A stretch of 64,000 nt of DNA from Halodesulfurarchaeum sp. (GCA_034520565.1 JAXHNL010000002.1:864001-928000), one strand, 5' to 3'; positions 1-14,478 are shown, counted from the stretch's first letter. A program made the numbers and translations. The notes: generated by a model not told the origin, from the sequence alone.

Positions 1-735
1 GACATCGCCCTCGTCGGAAAGTACGACCTGCGGGACGCCTACATGTCGGTCCGGGAGGCACTGAAACACGCCGGACTCGACCAGGGTGTCGACGTGAACG
101 TCGAATGGGTCGAAGCCGACCGGATGGACGACGGCGACGAAACCCGCCTCGCATCGGCGGACGGAATCGTGGTCCCCGGCGGCTTCGGGAGTCGGGGCGT
201 GGATGGAAAGATGGATGCGATCACCTACGCCCGCGAGAACGACGTCCCGTACCTGGGTCTCTGCTTTGGCTTCCAGCTCGCGGTCATCGAGTACGCCCGC
301 AACGTGCTCGGGCTGGGGGATGCCCATTCGACGGAGATCGACGAGTCGACACCGCACCCGGTTATCGACCTGCTCCCGGACCAGTACGATCTCGAAGATT
401 TGGGTGGCACGATGCGGTTGGGCGCCAGGGAGACCCAGATCGAATCGGGGACCCTCGCACACGAGATCTACGACGACGACACCTGTACCGAACGCCACCG
501 GCACCGCTACGAGGTCAACCCCGAGTACATCGAAAAGTTGACCGAGGGCAAGTTGCGGTTCTCCGGGGAAGCCGGCAATCGGATGGAGATCCTCGAACTC
601 GACGATCACCCCTTCTTCCTCGGGACGCAGTTCCACCCCGAGTTCCGCTCGCGACCGACCCGGGCGAGCCCACCCTTCGTCGGGTTCCTCGAGGCGATTC
701 TCGAACGAACGTCCCCGACCCGGGAGGTGGCCTGA
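1..735 (+). CDS. pyrG: CTP synthase, C-terminal glutaminase domain (5'-truncated by window edge)
   Basis: Frame open from base 1 ([12 protein letters not shown]); motifs [30 protein letters not shown]. Confidence 0.97.
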   Translation, partial: DIALVGKYDLRDAYMSVREALKHAGLDQGVDVNVEWVEADRMDDGDETRLASADGIVVPGGFGSRGVDGKMDAITYARENDVPYLGLCFGFQLAVIEYARNVLGLGDAHSTEIDESTPHPVIDLLPDQYDLEDLGGTMRLGARETQIESGTLAHEIYDDDTCTERHRHRYEVNPEYIEKLTEGKLRFSGEAGNRMEILELDDHPFFLGTQFHPEFRSRPTRASPPFVGFLEAILERTSPTREVA

Positions 736-736
736 C

Positions 737-1654
737 ATGGTCGACGTCGAGTCGTTCATCGAGGAAGCCAAGGCCGAGATCGAGAGCGAAATCGGGGACG
801 AGACGGCCATCATCGCTCTGTCCGGGGGGGTCGACTCCTCGACAGCGGCCGCTCTCGCCTACGAGGCCGTCGGCGAGCAACTCATCCCAGTCTACGTCGA
901 CACGGGGCTCATGCGAAAGGGCGAGACTGCGGGAGTCAGAGAGACCTTTTCCCACATGGAGTCCCTCCGCATCGTCGAGGCCCAAGAGCGGTTCCTCACG
1001 TCCCTCGCGGGCGTGACCGATCCCGAGGAGAAACGCCACGCCATCGGCGAGCAGTTCATCCGGGAGTTCGAGACCGTCGCCCGCGAGGTCGACGCCTCGA
1101 TGCTCGTCCAGGGAACGATCTACCCCGACCGGATCGAGAGCGAGGGCACGATCAAGTCCCACCACAACGTCGGCGGGCTCCCCGATGTCGTCGATTTCGA
1201 CGGGATCGTCGAACCGATGCGGGACCTCTACAAGGACGAAGTCAGGGAAGTCGCCCGCGAACTCGACCTCGAGGAGGTCGTCTCCGAGCGGATGCCGTTC
1301 CCGGGGCCCGGTCTGGCCGTGCGGATCCTCGGGGAGGTCACCGAGGAGAAACTCCACGTCGCCCGGGAGGCGACCGCGGTGGTGGAGGACGAACTCGAGG
1401 CGTACGACCCGTGGCAGGCCTTCGCGGCGGTGCTGGGCAAAGCGACGGGGGTCAAGGGCGACAACCGGGTCCACGGCTGGATCGTGGCCGTCCGCTCGGT
1501 CGAGAGCCGTGACGGGATGACCGCCCGCGCCCAGCCCCTCGACTGGGACGTTCTCCAGCGGATCCAGAGCCGGATCACCGGCCAGCTCGACTCGGTCTCC
1601 CGGGTCGTCTACGACGTCACCCACAAACCACCGGCGACGATCGAGTACGAATAA
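737..1654 (+). CDS. guaAB: GMP synthase (glutamine-hydrolysing) subunit B
   Basis: PP-loop [34 protein letters not shown]-terminal KPPATIEYE. Confidence 0.97.
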   Translation: MVDVESFIEEAKAEIESEIGDETAIIALSGGVDSSTAAALAYEAVGEQLIPVYVDTGLMRKGETAGVRETFSHMESLRIVEAQERFLTSLAGVTDPEEKRHAIGEQFIREFETVAREVDASMLVQGTIYPDRIESEGTIKSHHNVGGLPDVVDFDGIVEPMRDLYKDEVREVARELDLEEVVSERMPFPGPGLAVRILGEVTEEKLHVAREATAVVEDELEAYDPWQAFAAVLGKATGVKGDNRVHGWIVAVRSVESRDGMTARAQPLDWDVLQRIQSRITGQLDSVSRVVYDVTHKPPATIEYE

Positions 1655-1656
1655 CC

Positions 1657-1989
1657 ATGACACGTGCACTCATCGTCGGCCCCGATCGAGGGCTCGACGC
1701 GGTTCTCACAGCAAACGACGTGGAAACGACCCAGGTCCCAACCCCCGTCACGGAGACGGATCTCGACGAGGCGGGGCTCGCTGAGGCGGCACTGCTGTTC
1801 GTTACCGACCCCGGAGAGGCGACGGCGATACCCGTCGCGAAACGGCTCCAGCCGGGATTGCGGATCGTCTGGTACGCCCCGGATTCGGTCCCGGAGTTCG
1901 TCACGCGCCAGCTCGATCTGGGCGTGGACCCGTCCCTGATCGAACCCGAGATCCTGATCGAAGAACAGTTGCTTGCACTCGGCGCCTGA
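1657..1989 (+). CDS. Conserved small haloarchaeal protein downstream of pyrG/guaAB
   Basis: 110-aa acidic ORF starting 2 bp after the guaAB stop; resembles the small Rossmann-like protein usually found at this position. Confidence 0.75.
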   Translation: MTRALIVGPDRGLDAVLTANDVETTQVPTPVTETDLDEAGLAEAALLFVTDPGEATAIPVAKRLQPGLRIVWYAPDSVPEFVTRQLDLGVDPSLIEPEILIEEQLLALGA

Positions 1990-2032
1990 ATCTACCCGAT
2001 CCGTAGCCAGTCGGTACTCCTCCCCGCCTTCT

Positions 2033-2671
2033 TTAGGCCGATTCGGCCTCGTCCAGCTCCTCGCCAGGATACACCCGGAAGGTGCGGCCCTGCTTTTCCT
2101 TGTAGACCAATCCGCGTTTCTCGAGTTCGGAGAGCGTCTGGCTGACCTTGCTCTTCGAGAAGTCGGAGCGATCGCGGATCTCGATCTGGGTGACGCCCGG
2201 AGAATCGATCACCGGTTCGAGCACCCGCCGCTCGTCATCGGGGAGATAGCGGAGGAGTTCCCGCTCGGGGACCGGATCCGAACCTCGATTCGCCGATTCC
2301 GCCCCTTCGGTTGCTGGTGCTCCCGGGCTCTCGACTGGCCCGGTTTCCGGCCGTGAGTCCGCGGTTTCGCCCATCGGTCCGGCGGCGGGGACCCCGTTCG
2401 ATGCCCGTGTTGCTGACTCGGCCGGCCTCGCTATCTGATCGCGGACGACCAGATACCCGCCGGCGATCACGACGGCGAGGATCACCCCGCCGAGGAGGTA
2501 GACCAACGGGTCGGTGCCGTAGGTTCCCATCGACCCGTCCATCATCGATCCCATCGTGCCGTCCATCATTGTCGAGGGTTGCTGGGCGGCCTGGAAGCTC
2601 CAGACCGCGCCGAGCAGGAGGACGAGCCCAGCGATCCCCGCGACGAGCAGGTCGGCCATGCGGCGGTTCAT
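2033..2671 (-). CDS. Membrane-anchored winged-helix transcriptional regulator
   Basis: Two hydrophobic helices flanking a Met-rich loop; C-terminal wHTH (LPDDERRVL..PGVTQIEIRDRSDFSKSKVSQTLSELEKRGLVYKEKQGRT). Confidence 0.85.
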   Translation of the reverse strand: MNRRMADLLVAGIAGLVLLLGAVWSFQAAQQPSTMMDGTMGSMMDGSMGTYGTDPLVYLLGGVILAVVIAGGYLVVRDQIARPAESATRASNGVPAAGPMGETADSRPETGPVESPGAPATEGAESANRGSDPVPERELLRYLPDDERRVLEPVIDSPGVTQIEIRDRSDFSKSKVSQTLSELEKRGLVYKEKQGRTFRVYPGEELDEAESA

Positions 2672-2867
2672 GGCGGATCGGCCTTCTCGAACGTGGTTCC
2701 TGGATACCGGTCGAGTGTCATTACATCCCTGACGAAACGACCCTTTTTAGGTTGGGTGTTCCATTGTGGCGTGTCGGTCCCGATCCGGTCCCACTGCGGT
2801 GGCCGCAGTGGTCTTCGTCTCTGCCCGATCCGGTGAGCCAATAGGTTCGGGGTTCCAAGGACATCCC

Positions 2868-3725
2868 ATGAGCGAGAACGCGGCCGAACTCCCGGCAGCG
2901 ACCCGCCCGGGACGGGTGGCCATCGCCGTGGCAGACCTGTACGGCACGAGTTCCTTTTACGAGGACGTCGTCGGCCTCGACCTGTTCGAGTACACGGAGT
3001 CGAGTGGCACCCTGGGAGTCGACGGAACGCCGCTGATCGAACTGCTGGACGGGAGCGATCGCGGCCCTCGGACTGACTCACAGGCCGGCCTGTACCACGT
3101 CGCCTTCGAATACCCTTCCAGGGCGGCCCTCGGGGCGGCACTGCTCAGGACCGAGCGCTTCTACGAACTCGACGGGGCCACGGACCACGGCGTGACCCAC
3201 TCGCTGTATCTCACCGACCCGGCCGGCAACGGGATCGAACTGTACACCGTGACACCGCGGGCGGAATGGCCGCGAAACGACGCGGGCGAGGTGGTCATGG
3301 AAACAGATCCATTATCGCTGGACGCGCTGCGGGACGAGGCTGAAGCCGGGATGAATGCCCCGGAAGCCACCCGAATCGGGCACTTCCACCTCGAAGTCAC
3401 GGATCTCCAGGAATCGACCGCCTTCTACCGGGACCGGGTGGGCTTGCCGGTATCCCGCGAGATCGGGGACATGGCCCGGTTTTTCGCCACCGGGCACGCC
3501 CATCACCACCTCGGGGTGACGAACTACCTCGGACGAACCGACCCGGCGACGGGCCGGGGGGTCGACTGGATCGAATTCGTCGTCCCCGAGGAGGAAGCAA
3601 TTGAAGCCGCGAGGAACCGATTCGAGACGGTGGGATCACCCATCGTGGAGATTTCGGGCGGCATCAAAATCACGGACCCGGACGGAATCGGGGTCCAGTT
3701 GCGGTTCGAGGACGGGGACGACTAG
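2868..3725 (+). CDS. VOC-family protein (CatE-like glyoxalase/dioxygenase)
   Basis: Two VOC modules: GLYHVAF, DHGVTHSLYLTDPAGNGIELY, IGHFHLEV, HHHLG; ATG at 2868 preferred over the ORF-track start. Confidence 0.88.
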   Translation: MSENAAELPAATRPGRVAIAVADLYGTSSFYEDVVGLDLFEYTESSGTLGVDGTPLIELLDGSDRGPRTDSQAGLYHVAFEYPSRAALGAALLRTERFYELDGATDHGVTHSLYLTDPAGNGIELYTVTPRAEWPRNDAGEVVMETDPLSLDALRDEAEAGMNAPEATRIGHFHLEVTDLQESTAFYRDRVGLPVSREIGDMARFFATGHAHHHLGVTNYLGRTDPATGRGVDWIEFVVPEEEAIEAARNRFETVGSPIVEISGGIKITDPDGIGVQLRFEDGDD

Positions 3726-3757
3726 TCGGCGGACTGCTTCTCGAACGAGGCGGGTAC

Positions 3758-4360
3758 CTACTGCTCCGATTCGTGGCGGGACAGACCCGCCAGATGACCG
3801 ATTTCGGGGAGGATCAACGAGTCCATCGCGAGGGAAACCGCGTCGAGGCTGCCCGGGACGACGAAGACCGGGACGCCGTTTGCGATCCCCGCCGTGGCCC
3901 GGGACGCGATCGCCTTCGAACCGATCTCCTCGGCGGATTTGCGCCGGAAGAGTTCCCCGAAACCCGGCAGGCGCTTCTCGAAGAGCGGTGCCACCGCCTC
4001 GACGGTTACGTCGTCCGGGGTGACGCCGGTTCCGCCGGTCGAGACCAGCACGTCGACGTCGCGTCGATCGATCAGCTGGTTTGCGGTCCCCTGGATCCGA
4101 TCGAGATCGTCTCTCACCAGTTCGCGGGTTACGACCCGGTGACCGTCCGCTTCGAAGGCGTCTCTGATGGCATCCCCACTGGGGTCGTCGTCGAGGGACC
4201 GCGAAGAGGAGACCGTCAGGACGGCGGCCCCGACCGATTCCAGGTCCGGGGCGTGGTGATCGTGGTCGTGTTCCGGTTCCGGTTCGTCCTCGGTCGGTTC
4301 GGGCGCCGCCGAGTCGTCCCGCTCGTCCCGGGACGTGTCCCGCCGCTGAAAGTCGACCAT
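3758..4360 (-). CDS. moaB: Molybdopterin adenylyltransferase MoaB/MogA family
   Basis: AVLTVSSSR..DPSG, TGGTGVTPDDVT.EA, LPGFGELFR, SRATAG, PGS. Confidence 0.92.
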   Translation of the reverse strand: MVDFQRRDTSRDERDDSAAPEPTEDEPEPEHDHDHHAPDLESVGAAVLTVSSSRSLDDDPSGDAIRDAFEADGHRVVTRELVRDDLDRIQGTANQLIDRRDVDVLVSTGGTGVTPDDVTVEAVAPLFEKRLPGFGELFRRKSAEEIGSKAIASRATAGIANGVPVFVVPGSLDAVSLAMDSLILPEIGHLAGLSRHESEQ

Positions 4361-4383
4361 AGGCGGACTTTGCCCCCGGCGCC

Positions 4384-4815
4384 CTAAGTGCTATCGGCGC
4401 CGTGTGGGGACTCGATCGTTTCGAGCGGGATCGATCGAAACGTCTCGCCCGTGAACCACCAGGCGCCCAGTACCGGTTCGCGATCGGCGAGCGAGGCGAT
4501 CAAGACGGCGGAGTTCGCCCAGCCGGCCCCGTCCCGATCGGTCTCGCTCGGAGCCGACGGCCCGACTGGATGGGAGTGGTAAAAGCCCAACAGTGAGAGC
4601 CCAGCCGCTTCGAACGACTCGTGGCCTTCGAGCAGCGCCTCGGGGTCGATTTCGAATCGACGTGTCGGATTGTCGGCGACGTTCGGCGTCCGAATCGAAC
4701 CGAGAACGACCGGCGGATCCCCGTCCCGCCCCCCGAGGAGTCCGCAGGCCTCTTTCGGGTCGGCTTCGCGCGCGTGTTCGAGAATCGAATCCCGGACGGA
4801 CTCGGAGAGTTTCAT
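4384..4815 (-). CDS. JAMM/MPN+ metalloprotease (desampylase-like)
   Basis: EACGLLGG and JAMM motif GFYHSHP...PSETD; ATG at 4815. Confidence 0.9.
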   Translation of the reverse strand: MKLSESVRDSILEHAREADPKEACGLLGGRDGDPPVVLGSIRTPNVADNPTRRFEIDPEALLEGHESFEAAGLSLLGFYHSHPVGPSAPSETDRDGAGWANSAVLIASLADREPVLGAWWFTGETFRSIPLETIESPHGADST

Positions 4816-4861
4816 GCAGGTCGGCTTTCGGCTGTTCCACCCATTCACCTCCGTCCCTGGA

Positions 4862-5455
4862 TCACACCGATTCGCTCCAGTCCTCCCCCAGGTCCCGGCG
4901 CATCGCGACGTCGAACCAGGGGCAGGTCCGGAGCTGTCGGTAGTTCCGGGGGTTCTCCCAGAGGTCATCGTAGTCGACCCAGAGGGCCCCGCCGACCTCG
5001 TTCGGGTCGGTGTCGAGATCGGTGTCCGTCACCGTCGCCTTGAGGACCGCACAGACCTCCCACTCGACCCCCTCGTCGAGGTAGTGGCGCTTGTACTCGA
5101 ACCGGTCGGTGATCCGGAGGTCCTCGTACTGGTCCGGGGTGATGCCCAGTTCCTCCTCGAGGCGTTCCTCGGTGGCCTCGATCTGGGTCTGGCCCTCCGC
5201 GGGATGGGACGCGACGGTGCCGTCCCAGTGGGTGTCCCAGAGGCGCTTCTCGCGGGCCCGCTGGGCGAGCAGGACGCGTCCCTTCTCGTCGAAGAGCATA
5301 CAGGTGAATGCGCGATGGCGGATGCCGTCCCCGGTGTGGGCGTCGATGCGGTCGACCACGCCCTGCGGGTTGTCCTCGGCGTCGACCGCGATCACCGCCT
5401 CGCCGCCGGAGCGCTCCGACAGCGCACTGTCGCCCGCGTCGTTGGAGAGAGTCAT
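4862..5455 (-). CDS. idi: Type 1 isopentenyl-diphosphate delta-isomerase (NUDIX fold)
   Basis: HRAFTC.LFD, LLAQR...K..W, ASHP, RLEEELG, EWEVC, CPWF. Confidence 0.88.
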   Translation of the reverse strand: MTLSNDAGDSALSERSGGEAVIAVDAEDNPQGVVDRIDAHTGDGIRHRAFTCMLFDEKGRVLLAQRAREKRLWDTHWDGTVASHPAEGQTQIEATEERLEEELGITPDQYEDLRITDRFEYKRHYLDEGVEWEVCAVLKATVTDTDLDTDPNEVGGALWVDYDDLWENPRNYRQLRTCPWFDVAMRRDLGEDWSESV

Positions 5456-5522
5456 GGAGATGGCAACGGCGAGGACGGTTTTGTACCCACCGGTCTGGCC
5501 CGTGAACCGATCGGAACGGCCA

Positions 5523-5936
5523 CTACCCCCGGGTTTCCTCGAGAATGAGTCGCGTTTTCGTCGAGCGAACCTCCTCCTGCTCGCGGGTGCGGGTGATGAG
5601 TTCGTTGACCCGCTCGGTGTCCATCGCGTCGACGACGAGCACCACGTCCTCCTCGCCGGAGACCTGCCAGACGAAATCCACCTCGTGCCACTCGGCCATG
5701 CGGTCGGCGACCTCGTGGGTGTCGACGTCGACGCCGACGCCGACCTCGATCATCGCCTTGACGTTCCCCGTGCGGGTCGCGACGGTGAACCGCTCGATGA
5801 TCCCGTCCTCGACGAGTCGATCGACGCGGTTGCGGACCGTCCCCTCCGAGACGTCGAGGGCGTCGGCGATCTCGGTGTAGGGGGTTCGGGAGTCCTCCCG
5901 GAGCAGCGCCAGGATGTCCCGGTCGAGATCGTCCAT
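5523..5936 (-). CDS. Lrp/AsnC family transcriptional regulator, divergent from carA
   Basis: MDDLDRDILALLREDSRTPYTEIADALDVSEGTVRNRVDRL HTH plus VSGEED effector domain. Confidence 0.95.
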   Translation of the reverse strand: MDDLDRDILALLREDSRTPYTEIADALDVSEGTVRNRVDRLVEDGIIERFTVATRTGNVKAMIEVGVGVDVDTHEVADRMAEWHEVDFVWQVSGEEDVVLVVDAMDTERVNELITRTREQEEVRSTKTRLILEETRG

Positions 5937-5968
5937 GTCAGTCGGTGTGGTGGCCCGACGAAAACTGT

Positions 5969-5995
5969 TTCGAATTTCGTAATTCAACTACGAAA
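5969..5995 (+). promoter_or_regulatory. Putative operator upstream of carA, shared with carB
   Basis: TTCGAATTTCGTAATTCAACTACGAAA contains the inverted repeat TTTCGTA-N7-TACGAAA; 21/27 identical to the motif upstream of carB; TATA-like TTATATTT follows at 6003. Confidence 0.65.
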
Positions 5996-6032
5996 GCAAG
6001 CCTTATATTTCGTCCAACGTTTGAATCTCGTA

Positions 6033-7106
6033 ATGTCGGACGCCTACATCGCCCTGGAGACCGGCGAGGTCGTCGAGGGTCGCACCCGGGCTCCCGGGGA
6101 GACCCACGGCGAACTCGTCTTCACCACGCCGTACACCGGCTACGAGGAGAGCCTGACCGACCCGTCCTACGAGGAGCAGGTGCTGACCTTCGCCTACCCG
6201 CTCATCGGGAACTACGGCGTCCGAGAGGAGCGATTCGAGTCCGACCGCGTCCACCCCAGCGCCGTCGTCGCCCGCGAACTCACCGACGACGTCGCCGAGT
6301 GGCTCACCGAGGAGGGCGTCCCCGCCGTCGACCACCTCGACACCCGCGACCTCGTGCTCGACATCCGCGACGGCGGCGCGATGAAGTGCGGCATCGCCGC
6401 CGGCCCCGACGCCACCCCGAGACGGCCCGCGAACAACTCGACGTCTGCCCGCACATGAGCGATATCGAGAACATCGGGGACATGGTCAGCGTCGACGAGG
6501 TCGAGGTCCACCGCGCGGACGGTGACGGCCCCGACGGTCGCGCTCGATCGACTGCGGCGCCAAGGGCTCCATCGTCGAATCGCTGGTCGAACGTGACGCG
6601 ACCGTCCACGTCCTGCCCTACGATGCGACGCCCGAAGACGTCGAGGCCATCGACCCCGACCTGCTCTTCATCTCGAACGGGCCCGGCGACCCCGCGAACT
6701 TCGACGCCGACCGGAGATCGCTCGTCGAGCGACTTCGTCGGCGAGCATCCCGATCGCCGGCATCTGTCTGGGCATGCAGATCGTCGCCAACGCCGTCGAC
6801 GGCGAGACGACGAAGATGGAGTTCGGGCATCGCGGGGTCAACCAGCCGGTTCTCGACCAGGCGAGCGGTCGGGTCGTCATGACCACGCAGAATCACGGCT
6901 ACATGGTCGCCGACGCCGGCGACCTCGAGGTGACCCAGATCAACGTCAACGACGACACGCCCGAAGGGGCCGAGTCCGCCGATCTCGACGTCATCACCCG
7001 TCAGTATCACCCGGAAGCCCATCCCGGCCCGCACGACACCCTCGACTTCTTCGACGACGTGCTCGCGATGGCCGAGGCGGGCGCCCACCCGAAAGCAACA
7101 CACTGA
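6033..7106 (+). CDS. carA: Carbamoyl-phosphate synthase small subunit (apparent frameshifts ~6420-6760, likely sequence errors)
   Basis: GELVFTTPYTGYEESLTDPSY, SNGPGDP, GICLG, FGHRGVNQPV, TTQNHGY, QYHPEAHPGPHD spread over several frames. Confidence 0.93.
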
Positions 7107-7200
7107 CCGGTCCGGTCGGCACTCTCACCCGTCCGGCGGTTGTGGCCTCGAACCGCGACAACCCGGTTGGCTTTATTCCTCGCGGACGGAATACCCCGCC

Positions 7201-7785
7201 ATGGGACAGGATTACGTCACGTCCATTCGCGAGCAGCGCGAGCAGAAGGCGGCCTATTTCGCCGAGAGCCCGCGGTCGCCCATCCCCCATACGGCCCAGA
7301 GCGAATTCCCGGGACTCGACTACTTTCCCGTCGACGAATCGATGCGTTTCGAGGTGGCGCTCCACGAACACGAGGATCCGGACAGCCTGACCGTCGAGAC
7401 CACCGCCGGCAACGCCAAGGAGTACCTCGAGTGGGGCGAATTCGCCATCGAGATCGACGGCGAGGCGGTCACGCTCCAGGCCTACAAGGGCGATGCGAGC
7501 GAGGACCGGCTCTGGGTTCCCTTCAGAGACGAGACGAACGGGGAGGAAACCTATGCGGCGGGCCGGTATCTCGACCTCGAGCGGGAGAGCCACTCTCGTG
7601 ACGGGGGCTGGGTTCTCGACTTCAACGAGGCCTACAACCCGACGTGTGCGTACAACGAGGGCTACGAGTGTCCCCTCATTCCCATGGAAAACTGGCTCGA
7701 CGTGCGAATCGAGGCCGGCGAGAAAGACTTCCAGGCGAACCGCACGATCCGCATCACCACTGACCGACGACGACCGGCAGACTGA
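7201..7785 (+). CDS. DUF1684-family protein
   Basis: LWVPFRDETNGEETY.AGRYLD, LDFNEAYNPTCAYN, CP..P.ENWL..IEAGEK; the true end may be an out-of-frame PHDPHHH* at ~7764. Confidence 0.88.
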   Translation: MGQDYVTSIREQREQKAAYFAESPRSPIPHTAQSEFPGLDYFPVDESMRFEVALHEHEDPDSLTVETTAGNAKEYLEWGEFAIEIDGEAVTLQAYKGDASEDRLWVPFRDETNGEETYAAGRYLDLERESHSRDGGWVLDFNEAYNPTCAYNEGYECPLIPMENWLDVRIEAGEKDFQANRTIRITTDRRRPAD

Positions 7786-7811
7786 TTCCTGCTGCCTGGG
7801 CAGTTCTCGGC

Positions 7812-11092
<3,281 letters not shown>

Positions 11093-11141
11093 TACCGATT
11101 GAAACCCGCACATCGTAATAAGTCCGGCGAAAGATTCCAGT

Positions 11142-11168
11142 TTTCGCAACTCGATTTCGAAATTCGAA
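11142..11168 (-). promoter_or_regulatory. Putative operator upstream of carB, shared with carA
   Basis: Minus strand TTCGAATTTCGAAATCGAGTTGCGAAA; TATA-like CTTATTA about 25-30 nt before the carB ATG. Confidence 0.6.
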
Positions 11169-11184
11169 GCATTGATCGCCGGTT

Positions 11185-11430
11185 TCAGTGGGTCAGGACC
11201 AGAAGCCTGGAATCGGTGGCCCGGAGACAGATCGGGTCCGCTGGCGCCTTCGAGAACGAAAGCGACTGGCTCTCGGTCACGAGCAGACGGTCGAACGGCT
11301 CGTCACAGACCGGGCAGGTGTACTCCTCGCGATTGGCAAGGGTCATCGTCTCCCCGCCCTGGCGCAGCAGTTTGAGTCCCTCGCGGTAGTCGTGGACGGA
11401 AAACCCGTCCTCGACGTCGAGTGTCGGCAT
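11185..11430 (-). CDS. Small conserved haloarchaeal CPxC (possible Zn-binding) protein
   Basis: 81 aa [22 protein letters not shown]...[11 protein letters not shown]...C...LLVLTH; this is the C-terminal part of ORF-track 11185..12276. Confidence 0.8.
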   Translation of the reverse strand: MPTLDVEDGFSVHDYREGLKLLRQGGETMTLANREEYTCPVCDEPFDRLLVTESQSLSFSKAPADPICLRATDSRLLVLTH

Positions 11431-11537
11431 CGACTGCGCAGAGGGGTCTCCCCGGAATAGGTCCTGTGACAGGCGCTTTCCGGTGTGACCGGCCAGCAAG
11501 GCCGCCCGAATCCCGCACCCGAGTCGCTGCCCCGAAC

Positions 11538-12404
11538 TCAGTAAAACGTCTCGACCAGCTCGTCGTATGCCTTCATCAACCGTTTCGTCACCGGCCCAAT
11601 CGCGAATTCGCGGCCGTCCAGCGTGCCGACCGGCCAGACCTCCCCGGTGGTGTTCGTCAGGAACAGTTCGTCCGCGTCTTCGACCTTCTTTAGGCGGTAG
11701 CGTCCGGTCTCGACCGGAATCTCCAGGTCCGCAGCCAGATCCAGGACCACCTCGCGGGTCACGCCCGGCAGAATCGGTCCCTCGAGGGAGGGCGTGTGGA
11801 GGACGCCATCCGCCACGAAGAACACGTTTGCCGTCGTCCCCTCCGCGACGTACCCGTCGGTATCGAGGAGGAGGGCGTCGTCGGCCTCGACCGTTCCGGT
11901 CTCGTCCCGGAGTTCGAGTCTGGCGAGAATACCGTTGAGGTAGTTGTGGGTTTTCAACCCGGGTGGGATCGCTTCGGGGTGATTCCGCCGCGTTTCGACG
12001 GTCTGGAGCACCGCGGGCCCGTCCCAACGTGGTTCGCCCTCGACGCCGGCTCGGGGGAGTTCCGAGACGATGACCACGACCGTCGGATCGACCTCGGGTT
12101 GCGGGGTCAACGCCCCGGGTTGGACGCCCCGGGTGATCGACACCCGCACGTACGCGTCCGCGAGGTCGTTCGCTTCGAGGGTCGCGTCGACGCGCTCGCG
12201 GAGATTCTCTGGGATCACGTCGGGCATCCCGAGGGCCACACAGGTCCCTTCGAGACGGTTCAGGTGGGCGTCCCACTCGAAAAGCGTGCCACCGTAGGCC
12301 CGCAACGTCTCGAAAGCCGCGTCGCCGTACTTGAATCCACGGTCCGCGACGTTGACGGTCGCCCGTTCGGCGGGCACCAGCTCGCCGTTCACGTGGTACT
12401 GCAT
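11538..12404 (-). CDS. pabC: Class IV aminotransferase / aminodeoxychorismate lyase
   Basis: DRGFKYGDAAFETLR, LKTHNYL, AEGTTANVF, ILPGVTR; operonic with pabA/pabB. Confidence 0.85.
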   Translation of the reverse strand: MQYHVNGELVPAERATVNVADRGFKYGDAAFETLRAYGGTLFEWDAHLNRLEGTCVALGMPDVIPENLRERVDATLEANDLADAYVRVSITRGVQPGALTPQPEVDPTVVVIVSELPRAGVEGEPRWDGPAVLQTVETRRNHPEAIPPGLKTHNYLNGILARLELRDETGTVEADDALLLDTDGYVAEGTTANVFFVADGVLHTPSLEGPILPGVTREVVLDLAADLEIPVETGRYRLKKVEDADELFLTNTTGEVWPVGTLDGREFAIGPVTKRLMKAYDELVETFY

Positions 12405-13030
12405 ACTCGCGTTACGAACGCCTCGATGATATCTTTCCCCTTCGGTGTCAGGATGCTCTCGGGGTGGTACTGGACGCCGAAGTGTGGTTTGTCCTCGTGG
12501 CGCACGCCCATCACCAGTTCCGGTTCGTCGTCGGTCCAGGCGGTCTCTTCGAGACACGCCGGGAGGTTCCGGCGCTCGACTCCGAGGGAGTGGTACCGCC
12601 CGGCTTCGAATGCCGTGGGGAGCCCTTCGTACATCCCCTCGCCGTCGTGGGTCACGACCGACGATTTCCCGTGCACTACTCCGGGTGCGTGATCGACGGG
12701 GGATCCGTGCACCGCACAGAGTGCCTGATGGCCGAGACAGACGCCGAGGGTGGGATAGTCGAGTTCGTCGAAGACGGGCATGGACACGCCCGCTTCCTGG
12801 GGGATTCCCGGGCCGGGCGAGACGATGATCCCGTCGGGATCCAGCTCCCGGACCTCGTCGATCGAGATCGCGTCGTTTCGCCTGACGGTCACCCGCCCGG
12901 CGAACTCCCCGGCGTACTGGACGAGGTTGTACGCGAAGGAATCGTAGTTGTCGATCACGAGGACGTGGGGGGTACAGTTCTCGTCGGCTTCCACGGCCCT
13001 CGGTCCACCGGTCTCCTCACTCGCGGTCAT
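12389..13030 (-). CDS. pabA: Aminodeoxychorismate/anthranilate synthase component II (glutaminase)
   Basis: [37 protein letters not shown]. Confidence 0.88.
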   Translation of the reverse strand: MTASEETGGPRAVEADENCTPHVLVIDNYDSFAYNLVQYAGEFAGRVTVRRNDAISIDEVRELDPDGIIVSPGPGIPQEAGVSMPVFDELDYPTLGVCLGHQALCAVHGSPVDHAPGVVHGKSSVVTHDGEGMYEGLPTAFEAGRYHSLGVERRNLPACLEETAWTDDEPELVMGVRHEDKPHFGVQYHPESILTPKGKDIIEAFVTRVCSTT

Positions 13031-14478
13031 TCCCCCACCTCCATCTCGCCGGCTTCGAGGGCCGCGTCGACGGCGTTGAGCAGCGCCCGGGCCTTATCGA
13101 GGGTCTCCTCGTACTCCAGATCGGGGACCGAGTCGTGAACGATGCCCCCGCCAACGCGGAGATGGTACTCGTCCTCGTGCCTGACGAGCGTTCGGATGAC
13201 GATGTTGAGCGTGGCGCGCCCGTCAAAGCCGATGGCGGCCATGCTCCCGGTGTAGGGACCGCGCCGGGTCGACTCCACTTCCTCGATGATCTCCATCGTC
13301 CGCGGCTTTGGCGCCCCGGTGATCGTCCCGCCGGGGAACATCGCGCGGATGGCGTCGACCACGCCCGCGTCGGGACGGAGCCGTCCCGAGACGAGCGAAA
13401 CGAGGTGCATCACCTCGGAGTAGCGATCGACCCGGCGGTACTCGTCCACGGTAACGGTCCCGTACTCGGAAACCTTCCCGAGATCGTTTCGCTCGAGGTC
13501 CACGAGCATGGCGTGCTCGGCCCGCTCCTTCTCGTCGCCGGTGAGATCTGTCTCGAGCGCCTGGTCGTCAGCGTCGGTTTCCCCGCGCGGTCGCGTGCCG
13601 GCGATCGGTTCGGTCTCGACGCGATCACCCTCCCGCTCGAGGAGGAGTTCGGGACTCGCGCTCACGAGGTCGACGCCGGGGAATTCGATCAGTCCCGAAT
13701 AGGGGGCGGGGTTCACCGTCCGGAGTGCGTCGAAGGCCTCGACGGGATGGACCGCAGCTGGGGCCTCCAGCCGCTGTGAGATATTGACCTGGAAGGTGTC
13801 TCCCTCGCGGATGTACTCCTTGACGGTGCCGACCCGCTCGGCGTAGGCCACCCGGTCGGTCGAACTCTCGAACTCGGCGGTGTTCGTGGCGACCGGCGGC
13901 TCGCCCGCGTCGGGATCGCCCACCCGTATCCGCTCTGCGAGCGCTTCCAACCTGCCGACGCCGTGCTCGTAGGCCGCTTCGGGATCCTCCCCGATCCGGG
14001 GCGAGGCCACGATCGAGAGGGTCGGCTCGCCCTCGATCGGCATCCGCCAGGCGGCGATGGCGTCGTAGATCCCCATCTGGAGGTGCGGGAGCCCGCGGTC
14101 GTCCACCGCGTCCGCGGGCAGATCCTCCAGATCCCGGACCACGTCATAGGAGAGCCAGCCGAAGAGCCCACCCGGGTACGGGATCTCGCAGTCGGTCTCG
14201 ACCAGGTCCTCGTCCGCCAGATAGGTTTCGAGCCGGTCCAGGGCGCCCGGGCCGTCGACGGTCAGGAAGTCGCTCGGGTCGACGCCGAAGTAGCCCCACC
14301 CCTCGCGGCCGCCGGAGGTCTCGAAGAAGACGGACGGCTCCGACCCGCGTGCCCGCCGATAGGCCGCCCAGGGATCCGCTTCGACGGTCCCGACGATCGG
14401 GGCCCGGGCGTTCGCGGGGGCGCCGGCGGCCCGTTCGAGGAACGTCGAACGGGACGTCGTTACCGTGAACGCAGCCAT
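13027..14478 (-). CDS. pabB: Aminodeoxychorismate synthase component I
   Basis: [45 protein letters not shown]; linked to a class IV lyase, favouring pab over trp. Confidence 0.85.
   Translation of the reverse strand: MAAFTVTTSRSTFLERAAGAPANARAPIVGTVEADPWAAYRRARGSEPSVFFETSGGREGWGYFGVDPSDFLTVDGPGALDRLETYLADEDLVETDCEIPYPGGLFGWLSYDVVRDLEDLPADAVDDRGLPHLQMGIYDAIAAWRMPIEGEPTLSIVASPRIGEDPEAAYEHGVGRLEALAERIRVGDPDAGEPPVATNTAEFESSTDRVAYAERVGTVKEYIREGDTFQVNISQRLEAPAAVHPVEAFDALRTVNPAPYSGLIEFPGVDLVSASPELLLEREGDRVETEPIAGTRPRGETDADDQALETDLTGDEKERAEHAMLVDLERNDLGKVSEYGTVTVDEYRRVDRYSEVMHLVSLVSGRLRPDAGVVDAIRAMFPGGTITGAPKPRTMEIIEEVESTRRGPYTGSMAAIGFDGRATLNIVIRTLVRHEDEYHLRVGGGIVHDSVPDLEYEETLDKARALLNAVDAALEAGEMEVGE

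Noticed and set aside
12389-14478. trpE/trpG assignment
   Set aside because: Linkage to a class IV PLP lyase and absence of other trp genes favour pabB/pabA.
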